The notes below the pieces were generated by a model, which saw only the letters and a list, made by a program, of their open reading frames with translations, did no database searches and had not been told where the DNA came from. From the IMG/VR virus record IMGVR_UViG_3300037506_000443, positions 1-31,741 of that record: 31,741 nt of DNA. One strand, given 5' to 3'. Of the stretch, positions 18,707 to 27,274 are shown in pieces. Source of the DNA: a virus (Duplodnaviria; Caudoviricetes). Position 1 is the stretch's first letter, and each line of letters starts with the position of its first letter. The translations under genes and the position numbers were made by a program.

Positions 18707-20015
18707 ACATTCCCACCGCTTGTCCACGAGCGGCCTTCGCGCCACTCTTGTCGGGCAGCATCAACTCGGTCAACGCCCACACAAGGGCGTCGAGGCGATC
18801 CGGCGACTCGCTGGTGCCCGGTTCCCAATTGCACATCTGGGTTTCCAGGTCGCCGAACATGCCGACGTGATGCACCAGACCACGCTCATAGAGCGATGCA
18901 ATGGGTTCGGCCCGCGTCTGCTTGCCCCGGCTCGCCCACACCAATTTGACGGGCACATCAGGATCGACGGCCCGGATATTGCTCTCAACGAGATCCCCGC
19001 CGTTGTTCTTTTCGGCGATGATCCGATCCGCCTCGTACTTGTTGAAGCCCGCAATCGCTTGGTCTGCCCACTGCTTCGGCTTGGCGATCAGCGACAGGTC
19101 ATCCAGGACATAGCCGTGCTTGTTCTCTCCCAGGCCAGCCACGACGATCCCCGCCTCGTTCGACCCTTCCTCACTCGATGCAGGGGGGTCGATTGCCACG
19201 ACGATACGCTTCAGCGCTGGGTGAGAGGTGACGCGCAGATCCTCGATCTGCTGTCGCTTCCACAGCGCGCCAGGTGCGTCGTCGAGCAGCACGGCAAAGA
19301 GTTCTTGCAGGCCGATCCGAGTCTTCTCGTATTTGGAGACGATCTGGTTGAAAAACGCTGGCGCGAGGTTGGCGCGATTCTCATAGGTGCTACCCCGCGT
19401 AATAACAGCAGCCGGGTTATTGAGTACATCCCGCAGCAGCTTCACTGGCTTGGGGGTGGTTGTCACCACACAGCGAGGGTCATTGCCCAATCGGAGGCCA
19501 AACATCAGATTGTCCCACGCCTCCGCATATCGCCAGGACGCCAACTCATCACACCATGCGCCGTCGTGCTGAGGGCCACGCAGGAGATCAGGTTCGTCGG
19601 CAGAATAAGTTGTGGCAATCGCCCCGTTCGGCCACGTGAGGCGTCGCTTGCTCGGCTCGTACTTGGGTTTGAACCAGGGCGGAGAGATCGCAAGAATTCC
19701 TGATTCACCCTCGACCATGACATCACGGCAGTCAGCCGCAGTACGGGCGACCAGCGCAATACGACGGCAGCCGCGATGTTCCACCGATTCGCGAATCCAC
19801 TCCGCTCCGGTGCGCGTTTTGCCAAACCCACGCCCGGCCAGCAGAACCCAAAACTGCCAATTGCCCGGCGGAGTGACCTGCTTTTCCCGCGCCCAGAACG
19901 TCCAATCATAGAGAAGCGCCTCAGCTTCCTTCTCCGTCAGTTGCGCCAGGATCGCCTTCCGCTGGCTCGCGGGCAGCCGCGTTATCGAGGAGCTGTGCAA
20001 GTTTTGCGCGAGCAT
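18693..20015 (-). CDS. terL: Terminase large subunit
   Basis: Walker A AGRGFGKT, LRGPQHDGAWCDE (Walker B), VTTTP coupling motif, nuclease motifs AIDP, EKNNGG, SPDRLDALVWA. Confidence 0.97.
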   Translation of the reverse strand: MLAQNLHSSSITRLPASQRKAILAQLTEKEAEALLYDWTFWAREKQVTPPGNWQFWVLLAGRGFGKTRTGAEWIRESVEHRGCRRIALVARTAADCRDVMVEGESGILAISPPWFKPKYEPSKRRLTWPNGAIATTYSADEPDLLRGPQHDGAWCDELASWRYAEAWDNLMFGLRLGNDPRCVVTTTPKPVKLLRDVLNNPAAVITRGSTYENRANLAPAFFNQIVSKYEKTRIGLQELFAVLLDDAPGALWKRQQIEDLRVTSHPALKRIVVAIDPPASSEEGSNEAGIVVAGLGENKHGYVLDDLSLIAKPKQWADQAIAGFNKYEADRIIAEKNNGGDLVESNIRAVDPDVPVKLVWASRGKQTRAEPIASLYERGLVHHVGMFGDLETQMCNWEPGTSESPDRLDALVWALTELMLPDKSGAKAARGQAVGMYGRR

Positions 20016-20532
20016 CGCTGATCTCTATCGGGCCGCCATCTTTGCCCGTTAATTCCTGTCGTTGGACGAACAGTTGATGATGCTTGCCGATCTGCACGAG
20101 GGCAGCCTGGGCATCGTAAAGCTCGAATTCGGTCTTTTCCTCAACCAAGTCGCCTTTGAAAAATCGGCGGGTTGTGCGCACCGTCTTGACTAGGTGCAGC
20201 TTGCCAGACTCAGCGGCTTTGCCCAGCACGGGCGGAAGTTCGGCTGGATCGACAAAATCAGCCATCGTGCTGCGGGCATGGTCGGCCAGCCGGGTGAGTA
20301 CCTCATCAGCACCCATCTTCAGTTCAGCCAACCGCGCCTTTATCGCGCGCGAAATCTCAGGTTTTTTAAGGTTTTCCGAGCCAATCGAGGCAGCAGTTTT
20401 TGGAGAATACCCGGCACGAACAGCCGCGCGCGTGGCGTTGAAGTCGATGAGGTACTGCTCGACGAACGCACTCTGTTTGTGGGTTAATTTCGGCTCTTGG
20501 GCCGATTCTTTCGCGTCAGGCTGATCAGCCAC
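19921..20532 (-). CDS. terS: Terminase small subunit
   Basis: LTHKQSAFVEQYLIDFNATRAAVRAGYSPKTAASIGSENLKKP HTH and ELTGKDGGPIE tail. GTG start. Confidence 0.95.
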   Translation of the reverse strand: MADQPDAKESAQEPKLTHKQSAFVEQYLIDFNATRAAVRAGYSPKTAASIGSENLKKPEISRAIKARLAELKMGADEVLTRLADHARSTMADFVDPAELPPVLGKAAESGKLHLVKTVRTTRRFFKGDLVEEKTEFELYDAQAALVQIGKHHQLFVQRQELTGKDGGPIEISDARAKLAQLLDNAAAREPAEGDPGATDGEGS

Positions 20533-20560
20533 CTACCAGGCACTCCTCAGCAACACATCC

Positions 20561-20647
20561 GGCGCTCAATCCGATCCGCTGCCATTGGCTTGCCCTGGTC
20601 GGTGCATTCCATCTCGGAGCCGACGCAGAGGCGGATCAAAAAGCGCC
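20561..20647 (-). other. Structured RNA leader upstream of terS
   Basis: Nested complementary segments: GGCGCU/AGCGCC (20647-42/20566-61), GAUCCGC/GCGGAUC (20637-31/20579-73), inner GUCGG/CCGAC. Confidence 0.4.
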
Positions 20648-20675
20648 CGTTCACAGAATAAATGAAGCCGGGCGC
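20638..20675 (-). terminator. Intrinsic terminator-like hairpin between the early and late regions
   Basis: GCGCCCG-GC-UUCA-loop-UGAA-CGGGCGC followed by UUUUU. Confidence 0.6.
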
Positions 20676-20699
20676 GCCGAACAGACTGAGGTTTACTCC

Positions 20700-20713
20700 C
20701 TGATAGTTATCAG
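20700..20713. promoter_or_regulatory. Palindrome CTGATA-GT-TATCAG, candidate operator
   Basis: Perfect 6-bp arms directly after the LexA-like gene stop and before the late-operon leader. Confidence 0.4.
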
Positions 20714-20714
20714 C

Positions 20715-20972
20715 TTATTCTTCTCCAGAGGCCAAATTTTCGGGAGGGATATATTTGCCGCCCAAGATCAGCTTGCGGTTCTTATTGAACTTGAGTATCC
20801 CCTTTGCCACTAGGCGCAGAGCCAGGTTGTAGGCCGTCTGCGGGCTGACCCCAAGCGCGCAGGCTATTTCCTGGTAGGTGGGGCTGTTGCCGTCCGCATC
20901 GTCGGACTGCTTGTAATCCCTAACAAATTCGAGGAGCGCGGCCTGAGATGGCGCGTGTCTGCGGCGTCCCAT
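20715..20972 (-). CDS. LexA-type winged-HTH DNA-binding protein lacking the peptidase domain
   Basis: QAALLEFVRDY...SPTYQEIACALGVSPQTAYNLALRLVAKGIL resembles the LexA N-terminal domain. Likely start ATG 20972 after GGGGG. Confidence 0.8.
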   Translation of the reverse strand: MGRRRHAPSQAALLEFVRDYKQSDDADGNSPTYQEIACALGVSPQTAYNLALRLVAKGILKFNKNRKLILGGKYIPPENLASGEE

Positions 20973-20980
20973 GTGGCCCC

Positions 20981-21259
20981 CTACAATAGCCATTTGCAAC
21001 CGAGGACATCAGAGCGCCCAAAGATCCGCTCTGTAACTAGGAGTTGAACTTGAGTTGCCTCGAAAATGCCCGGCAAGCGCACTGTATCACCGACGGCAAT
21101 TCCAGGTAGTTCGTCGATGGGAAGTAAAATTCGATATGTTGTCACCGGCAGGTCGCCATGATCTGGCACAATGTTGGGATTTGGCCGCACACCCAGCAAG
21201 GCCATCTCAAATCGCGATCTTTCAAGTGCTTTAAGAAACTCAGACCATACGATATCCAT
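20981..21259 (-). CDS. Hypothetical protein
   Basis: Likely start ATG 21259 (GAGG RBS), 92 aa. Locally AT-richer. Confidence 0.55.
   Translation of the reverse strand: MDIVWSEFLKALERSRFEMALLGVRPNPNIVPDHGDLPVTTYRILLPIDELPGIAVGDTVRLPGIFEATQVQLLVTERIFGRSDVLGCKWLL
21047..21056 (-). repeat. Dispersed motif AACTCAAGTT, about 75 bp upstream of the LexA-like gene
   Basis: Plus strand GAACTTGAGTTG. Confidence 0.6.
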
Positions 21260-21299
21260 ACTGTCCTCAATCAAATTGATAAGGAAGGTTATCGGAATA

Positions 21300-21309
21300 A
21301 ACTCAAGTT
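21300..21309 (+). repeat. Dispersed motif AACTCAAGTT, at a gene junction
   Basis: AAACTCAAGTTT at 21299-21310, overlapping the stop of ORF 21303-21605. Confidence 0.65.
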
Positions 21310-21605
21310 TGAGCGTCGTTCCGACTGGATTTCTCGATCCGCTCGACACTCATCTCCACCACTGCATTATCAATGGCCCGCGCCAGCTCGGGCGTCATCC
21401 ATCGCGGCGGCTTGTCAACGAGCGCTTTCAACCTGTCGATTGTTTCGTCGAGTACGGACTCGCGGGACATGAACCGGTAGCGAATTCCGAAATACACGCG
21501 GGCATAGAGGCTGTGCAGCGCCAGCCCCGCGTCCATCGCGAGCCAGATCAACCGCAGGTAGATAATCCGCAGAAGAATATCGACCCTCATCCATCCCTCC
21601 GTCAA
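21303..21605 (-). CDS. Hypothetical protein
   Basis: 100 aa. Start may be ATG 21590 after GGAGGG. Confidence 0.55.
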   Translation of the reverse strand: MTEGWMRVDILLRIIYLRLIWLAMDAGLALHSLYARVYFGIRYRFMSRESVLDETIDRLKALVDKPPRWMTPELARAIDNAVVEMSVERIEKSSRNDAQT

Positions 21606-21659
21606 TTAAGATCGTGTTGATCCACATCCGGGTGGGCAGCTTCCCGAATCAAGGAAAAA

Positions 21660-22139
21660 TTAATTGTCTGCCGCTGCCGGATCGACTCCCGCATTCAGCA
21701 ATCCATCAACGCGGCTTGCCACGTTTTCCGCGGCGTCGAGCTGATCACCCAGGTTTTGAACGGATTCGCCCGTTGCCTCAAGCGCAGCATTCAAGTCGTC
21801 AACTGTGAACTTTTCCTCAGCCTGCCATTTGTCGAAGAGCGGCTTCCATCCTTCAATGACGCCAAAGTCGTCCTTCACGGCGTTTAACAGGGCAACTACA
21901 TCCTCCGCAAAAACATCATATGTATTCCAGAAGATGTTGCCGACCATTGTGCCGCGACGGTCATACAACAGCGCGACACCCCCGATCTGGATCAGGTTGC
22001 CGGGAATTTCGAGGAAATCTGCCTCGCCTTCAAGCTGCATGATGGTGTTGCCGTCGATCTCCACGTCGATGCGCTCGCACACGTCACTCACGTCGCCGTT
22101 CACGTCATTCACTGCGAGATGTAATCTGATCATGATCAC
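21660..22139 (-). CDS. Acidic hypothetical protein
   Basis: 159 aa, start overlaps the nuclease gene end. Confidence 0.7.
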   Translation of the reverse strand: MIMIRLHLAVNDVNGDVSDVCERIDVEIDGNTIMQLEGEADFLEIPGNLIQIGGVALLYDRRGTMVGNIFWNTYDVFAEDVVALLNAVKDDFGVIEGWKPLFDKWQAEEKFTVDDLNAALEATGESVQNLGDQLDAAENVASRVDGLLNAGVDPAAADN

Positions 22140-23463
22140 CTTCTGACTCCTGTTGCTCCATCAATTTCTTCACTTTGCGAACCGTAATCACAGACACACC
22201 GACGATCCGCGCTGTCGCACGAACGCCAATACCCTTGCCTAACCATTCCTGTATGCGCAGGCTGGTCGGCTTGGCAAGGAATGCTTGACCATCCTCACGG
22301 CCCGCTGGCCTGCCGATATGCTTCCCGCGCTTGGCGGCCTTCTCCATCCCCACACGAATCATCGCCCGGCGGCGCTGTTCTACCGTCTCCAGGCGCAACC
22401 CTTCCAGGAAGGGCGACAGCTCCCCGGCCAGCACCCCACGCTCCACGTCGGTGAGTTCTTTGGGTTTCATCCTGCGCAGGTCGCGGATCACCGCTTTGGG
22501 ATCATCAAACTTGAAGTATTCGGTCAGGCCGCCCAGCAAATGTTGCTGACCGCGATACCGATACTTGAAGTACAACTCCACGTTCCCTCGGTGCGGCCAT
22601 GTGTCAACAACCTTGATTGACACGGCTCCCAGGTGGGGTAAAAGGTCGGCCCGGATCTCCTCGACACGCTCATCGATGGGTCTTGTCGTAACTCCGATCT
22701 TATGCAGCACGCCGTCATTGACGCTCAGCAGATACAAGGTGCAGACGAGAATGCGCCGCCACTGTGCCTGGTACAGCCGTAGATCGGTAATAGCCGTGTC
22801 GTAATCAGTAGCAGCAATGGTGCGCAAGCGCCTCAGTTCCGTCGCCAGTTCGTAATGTTGACGCTGCTTTTTCCAAAGTTCGGGGCCACCGTCGAAGGCG
22901 CTCGTCCCGTAGGTTTCATTGTGCAGCACCCGCTCTTGAGGTTCGATTTCCGCAATTCGTGCGAGTGCCGCTTGGCGCTGATCGCGATTCTCGTAGGCTT
23001 CTCGGACTCGATCCTCAAGTTCTTGGTGGCGCTGGACGATGAGCGGCTCCTGAAATTGGTTGAAGAGCATCAGCGATAGCTCTCCAAGCACGAGCTTGCC
23101 CTTTTTAGTAAGCTGATAGCCACCGCTCCGCCGCAGGTACTCGTTATATTCGATAACCTCATGGGCTTCGAGATAGCGCACATCATATAGGCCACCGCTT
23201 ACAAAATTTTGAAGCTGCTCAATCACCTTGCCCGGCAGCTTGAGATTGAATCGATCATATGCTGGCAGGGCGACAACATCTTGATCCCGCTTGACTTGGC
23301 GGCACGTCTCACCCGTATGGGCAAAGTGATGGGATATCTGTTCGCCCTTCTTAGCGCTGAGCGCCCCTCCACAATATGGGCACCGCAAGCCAGTCTTACC
23401 CCGCGCCACTTGGCCGATGTAAACCAGCTCACCATTCCCATCAATACCGTACTCGATAAACAT
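22105..23463 (-). CDS. Zn-finger + GIY-YIG (T5orf172-like) nuclease + resolvase-type HTH fusion
   Basis: N-terminal CoiA-like CPYC...HHFAH...C; central LYLL...HKIGVTTRPIDERV...VELYFK...TEYF; C-terminal IRVGMEKAAKRGKHIGRP...GVRATARIVGVSVITVRKV. Confidence 0.8.
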   Translation of the reverse strand: MFIEYGIDGNGELVYIGQVARGKTGLRCPYCGGALSAKKGEQISHHFAHTGETCRQVKRDQDVVALPAYDRFNLKLPGKVIEQLQNFVSGGLYDVRYLEAHEVIEYNEYLRRSGGYQLTKKGKLVLGELSLMLFNQFQEPLIVQRHQELEDRVREAYENRDQRQAALARIAEIEPQERVLHNETYGTSAFDGGPELWKKQRQHYELATELRRLRTIAATDYDTAITDLRLYQAQWRRILVCTLYLLSVNDGVLHKIGVTTRPIDERVEEIRADLLPHLGAVSIKVVDTWPHRGNVELYFKYRYRGQQHLLGGLTEYFKFDDPKAVIRDLRRMKPKELTDVERGVLAGELSPFLEGLRLETVEQRRRAMIRVGMEKAAKRGKHIGRPAGREDGQAFLAKPTSLRIQEWLGKGIGVRATARIVGVSVITVRKVKKLMEQQESEGDHDQITSRSE

Positions 23464-23525
23464 GCCTTTGCTCTTGCCTATCCTTTTGTTGATACACCGA
23501 ATCGCTATTAATTAGTACGCTTCAT

Positions 23526-23555
23526 GACCCTCTTGGGTGGATCACAAAAAGGGTC
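23526..23555 (-). other. Hairpin in the intergenic region upstream of the nuclease gene
   Basis: GACCCUUUU-U-GUG-AUC-CAC-CC-AAGAGGGUC, followed by an AT-rich promoter-like tract. Confidence 0.4.
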
Positions 23556-23597
23556 GGCTTGTTTAATCCCCAATCCGCGTGAATCCGCACGGCGCTA

Positions 23598-23822
23598 TTA
23601 CTCGGTGATCCTCAACTCAACTGGTTGCAGAGCGCGATCAATATGCGGGAACGTCAAACTCTGTACACCATCTTCGATCATGAGGTCTACAGTGAGATCG
23701 TCGGCCAGCGCCTCTATTTGCCAGTAGAATGGATCGTCTTCGCTGATCGCGTCCAACATCCGCCACAGCATCTCGCACGTGGCAGCCTGTGCCCTATGCA
23801 AATCAGTCATCCTGCCCCTCAA
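23598..23822 (-). CDS. Hypothetical protein
   Basis: 74 aa, start probably ATG 23810 after GAGGGG. Confidence 0.55.
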   Translation of the reverse strand: MRGRMTDLHRAQAATCEMLWRMLDAISEDDPFYWQIEALADDLTVDLMIEDGVQSLTFPHIDRALQPVELRITE

Positions 23823-23829
23823 CTTTTGG

Positions 23830-24165
23830 CTATTTCCAGCGTGCGTTGAACCGGATTGTTTTCACCGCATCTTTGGCATTGCTCCCTAGCTCAACAAATC
23901 CTTCTTTGCTCCCGATTCGGCGAGTCGCAATCCACATCCATCGGGGACGACTGGGGTAAATGGTCAGACGGCGTTTTTCAATCTTGCGCGGCTCACGCGG
24001 GCACAGCTTGTCCCAAAGAGCCTGGAGTCGCTTGCGAGTTGCCTCGCCTCGCGGGGGCTGTAGCTCAGGCGACAAAAGATCGACCTCGATTGGCCCTTGA
24101 TCCAGAATAGTCTGGCCGTTCACGCTCAGATTGATTTTTCCCACCTTCAAGGTTGCTTTCGCCAT
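23830..24165 (-). CDS. Hypothetical protein
   Basis: 111 aa basic protein, packed within the operon. Confidence 0.6.
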   Translation of the reverse strand: MAKATLKVGKINLSVNGQTILDQGPIEVDLLSPELQPPRGEATRKRLQALWDKLCPREPRKIEKRRLTIYPSRPRWMWIATRRIGSKEGFVELGSNAKDAVKTIRFNARWK

Positions 24166-24180
24166 ACCACTACCCTTAAC

Positions 24181-24630
24181 CTATTTATTGTCCGGCAATT
24201 GCCGCCCCTGGAGATGCCACCGCAGAAGCGATTTTATGTATTGGCTCTCCATTTGCTGTTCTGAAATCTCGCCCACGTCCTCGACTTCCGGCGGCCCAAT
24301 ATTCACCTCACCGTCAATCAAGCTGACCGTCGCGACGCACCGTTTGTCTTCATGATCACCACCAACATGCACTTTGACCTTGAGAGAAGGTGCGATTTTT
24401 GCGATCCGCTTCAACGTTCGGGCCACATCCTCAGCATCGTAATTGCGCTCAGCGAGATTGCCAATAACGTCAATGGTTTCACCCGCCCAGTTGGGCAAGC
24501 CGCTTAACCCACCAGAGACTAGGGGGTGGAAATTTTCGTAATTTAGCCCCGGTTCCAACACCTGATGGAGTTGAAGCACTTCTCGCTTGTCGCATGTGCC
24601 AACGATACGGACAGTTCGCCAGTTACCCAT
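24181..24630 (-). CDS. Hypothetical protein
   Basis: 149 aa, AAAGGGG RBS, globular-looking sequence. Confidence 0.7.
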   Translation of the reverse strand: MGNWRTVRIVGTCDKREVLQLHQVLEPGLNYENFHPLVSGGLSGLPNWAGETIDVIGNLAERNYDAEDVARTLKRIAKIAPSLKVKVHVGGDHEDKRCVATVSLIDGEVNIGPPEVEDVGEISEQQMESQYIKSLLRWHLQGRQLPDNK

Positions 24631-24697
24631 GTTCAGCCCCTTTCACGCCAGAAATAGTGTTCAACTCGCTCTGCCACCGCAGAATCAACCGTGTCCG

Positions 24698-24995
24698 CTA
24701 CCCAGAGTGCCCGCCTCCAAACGTGTATGCGGTGTGAGCGTAAGTCTTCCACCGATACCATCCGCGCTCATGTTTTTGCTCGACAACAAGCCCGCGATTG
24801 ATCAGATGCTTGATTGAGTACCGTCGGCAATCGCTGCCATTCGTCGGGCCACGATGCGCCGCGAACCTTCGCAATATGGTATAGGATTTCATCCTTCGTC
24901 AAGGGCCGTTTCGCCAAATGGAGCGTGGCGATCACGGCCTGATCCGAAACTGGAACTGCGCCATTATTTTTCCGAACAGCACGCGCCCGATTCAT
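24698..24995 (-). pseudogene. Frameshifted winged-helix-like gene
   Basis: ORFs 24768-24995 and 24698-24892 join into one 97-aa frame if one copy of the tandem TTGA at 24810-24817 is removed. Confidence 0.6.
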
Positions 24996-25006
24996 CCTAC
25001 CCTGCC

Positions 25007-25372
25007 TTACTTCCGAACCAATCCCTCTTTAATGAGGTACTCCAAAGCGCCTTGGTTGATCCGTTCCTCATCGGCTTTGGTGAGAGCTTGGTTGGTGTAC
25101 ACGGTTAGAAAAATGTTGAGCCTGATCTGCTTGCCGCTGCGTGGCGATTCAACAACCGCCGTATGGTCGTAGTGGCTGATGTGCAGGTCTGGGAAGCCGA
25201 AGCCTCCCGGAAACACACCCGCCTTGATCCGCTTCGCACCCTGGGTAGGTTGCCTAAGAAGTTGATACCCATTCTGCACGCCGCTCTGCTGCACATCCTT
25301 TTCGCTCAGCTCGTGATAAGCCATCCAGAACTGCCGTGTCAAGCCAACCCCCTTTCGATTTCGTCCAGCCAC
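25007..25372 (-). CDS. Hypothetical protein
   Basis: 121 aa, overlapping the parB end. Confidence 0.6.
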   Translation of the reverse strand: MAGRNRKGVGLTRQFWMAYHELSEKDVQQSGVQNGYQLLRQPTQGAKRIKAGVFPGGFGFPDLHISHYDHTAVVESPRSGKQIRLNIFLTVYTNQALTKADEERINQGALEYLIKEGLVRK

Positions 25373-26469
25373 TCGCGAACTGCGTGAACATCTTCACGGC
25401 TGATTGTATCACCTTTATCGATAGCCTTCGCGATTCTCCGAACGGCCTTGACAGCAATATGGTGAATGGTTTCACTTTGGTCAACTTTCGGTTGACGATC
25501 CGTTTCTTTAGAAACGGGTTTGATCATGCCTCGCACCATCTCGATCTTTTGCTCATCGGGGATCGAGTCGTTCATGCAAGCCCGCAGATTGATTTCTGGG
25601 ATGTTGTAATCGTCAGCCAATTTCCAGGCTTCATCCGGCAGCCTGAGCAACGCACGGTACAGGCGCAGGGAATCCGCGCTGTTGATACCCATCACGGCAG
25701 CGATAATGTGGCCCTTGCCATACGGTAGCGGGAACGCCTTCCCGTCGGCCACCTGCGCATAATACACGCGGTCACACTCGCCGGGCATCACCAGTTCCTC
25801 GATCTGGCGGAACTTGTGCCCGCTTTTCTGGTACAGGTCAATGATCAGGAGCGCAAGCTGGCGAGCCAGGGCGATTGCATTGAGATTGCGGCGCAAGCCG
25901 TTCTCTGCGGCCTGCCGCCATACGTCCAGTGTATCTTTGACCTGGGCATGGATTTTCGACCACCGCTGATCATTGTAGTAGTTGCGCAGCAGGTGATAGG
26001 CTAGCCAGCGCAGCTCGCCAAAAACAATCTTGTATTGGCTGCTGCCTTCTTCGCGGGCCACCTCAATTGGTTCATTCAAGCCGTTCGCGGCGATGTTCCT
26101 TGCCAGTTTGATGAGGTTCATCAACCCGCGCTCGATTTCGCCCGATTCCTCCGGCGGGCTGAAGTCTTCGGGCATCTCCATGAACGCCTGAAGTGGAATA
26201 GGGTGCCCGGCTTCGGCTTCGGCCAATTCAAACCAGCGTTCGAGTGCATTGGTCACGGTGCTCGCTGTGCCGTCGTAGACGGCCCGCACTTGCCAGGGAA
26301 TGGCCCGCCTCGGCTGGCGGGCATCAGGCGCAATCTCATAAATGCTGATCGGCTTGGCGACGATGTTGCGTGTCGTCAGGTCGATCTTGCCGAAGAACGG
26401 GTCGCCGCTGTTGGCTTCAGGTGCGCCTTCCGGCACATCCTCGAATCCGGGAACCTTCAGCTTTGCCAT
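25339..26469 (-). CDS. parB: ParB-like partition protein
   Basis: IAPDARQPRR...LARNIAANGLNEPIEV...YKIVFGELRWLA...QAAENGLRRNLNAI, plus a downstream HTH-like region. Start overlaps the parA stop. Confidence 0.85.
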   Translation of the reverse strand: MAKLKVPGFEDVPEGAPEANSGDPFFGKIDLTTRNIVAKPISIYEIAPDARQPRRAIPWQVRAVYDGTASTVTNALERWFELAEAEAGHPIPLQAFMEMPEDFSPPEESGEIERGLMNLIKLARNIAANGLNEPIEVAREEGSSQYKIVFGELRWLAYHLLRNYYNDQRWSKIHAQVKDTLDVWRQAAENGLRRNLNAIALARQLALLIIDLYQKSGHKFRQIEELVMPGECDRVYYAQVADGKAFPLPYGKGHIIAAVMGINSADSLRLYRALLRLPDEAWKLADDYNIPEINLRACMNDSIPDEQKIEMVRGMIKPVSKETDRQPKVDQSETIHHIAVKAVRRIAKAIDKGDTISREDVHAVREWLDEIERGLA

Positions 26470-27239
26470 ACCGCTACCCTCTCCTCAAACCGATCTGCCA
26501 ACTTCTGCATGATGTTGGCAGCCTCCGATCCGGGGCGATAGCTAAAGATGAGCTTGCCGAAATTGCTGGCCTCGGATAAGGCTGTTACCTGGGGGATCGC
26601 TTCCCAGACTAGATCGTTGAAGCGCTCCTGCACCGACTCCAGGTTGGCAAGGTGGTTGTTGGTTTTCTGGCGCAGCTTGTTGGGGATGATGCCAAGCACC
26701 TGGCGGGGGTTGGCGCGTTGCCGGGCAAATTCCTGCACCTGCTTCAACCCGTTGGCAAGCCCATCCAGACTCAGCCGCTCGCACTCTGTCACGTAGAGAA
26801 ATGCTTTTGCCGCCATGTAAACGGTGCTGTCCAGCGTCGTGACCGTCGGCGCAGTGTCGAGGATCACATAATCGAATAAATCCTCGATTTCTTCCAGGCG
26901 ATTCGCCAGCAGCATTGCATCCGGCTCAAGAGAAGCAATGATCTGGGTTTTGCGATCAGAAGGCAGCACGTAGAGCGCGCCTGCTGGTGGCTCGTCAGCA
27001 GGGCTGATGCTCAATGGTTGCACCGGGCGCAGCACATCTTGCCAATCGAAATTATCGACCAGCAAGTTGTACAATCCCTCATCCTTCGGCACACCAACCA
27101 TTAGCCCAGCATGGCCCTGCGGATCGGTATCGGCCAGCAATACCTTGTGGCCGCGCCGCGCCAGTTCCCCGGCTAGGTGGCCTGCGACAGTGGATTTACC
27201 CACCCCGCCCTTACGATTTGCAACTGCGATTGTCAACAT
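26457..27239 (-). CDS. parA: ParA/Soj family ATPase
   Basis: Deviant Walker A NRKGGVGKST, DTDPQG, ILDTAP. Start moved to ATG 27239 (GGAG RBS). Confidence 0.95.
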   Translation of the reverse strand: MLTIAVANRKGGVGKSTVAGHLAGELARRGHKVLLADTDPQGHAGLMVGVPKDEGLYNLLVDNFDWQDVLRPVQPLSISPADEPPAGALYVLPSDRKTQIIASLEPDAMLLANRLEEIEDLFDYVILDTAPTVTTLDSTVYMAAKAFLYVTECERLSLDGLANGLKQVQEFARQRANPRQVLGIIPNKLRQKTNNHLANLESVQERFNDLVWEAIPQVTALSEASNFGKLIFSYRPGSEAANIMQKLADRFEERVAVWQS

Positions 27240-27274
27240 ATCTCTGCTCTCCGTTTCTGCTGTACGCTTGCTTC

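Noticed and set aside
18603-19703. Long plus-strand ORFs (366 aa here; also 4815-5663, 14744-15463, 16479-17258, 28796-29542)
   Set aside because: They are antisense shadows of well-supported minus-strand genes in GC-rich DNA and have no recognisable motifs.
18693-20015. Intein or intron in terL, or a terS-terL frameshift fusion
   Set aside because: TerL has normal length with contiguous motifs. The 95-nt overlap with terS is unremarkable and no slippery site was evident.
20561-20647. Structured intergenic region as a tRNA
   Set aside because: No cloverleaf, T-loop consensus or CCA end could be identified.
22105-22400. Serine recombinase/integrase
   Set aside because: Only the C-terminal arm and HTH are present. 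There is no catalytic YxRVS-type N-terminal domain.
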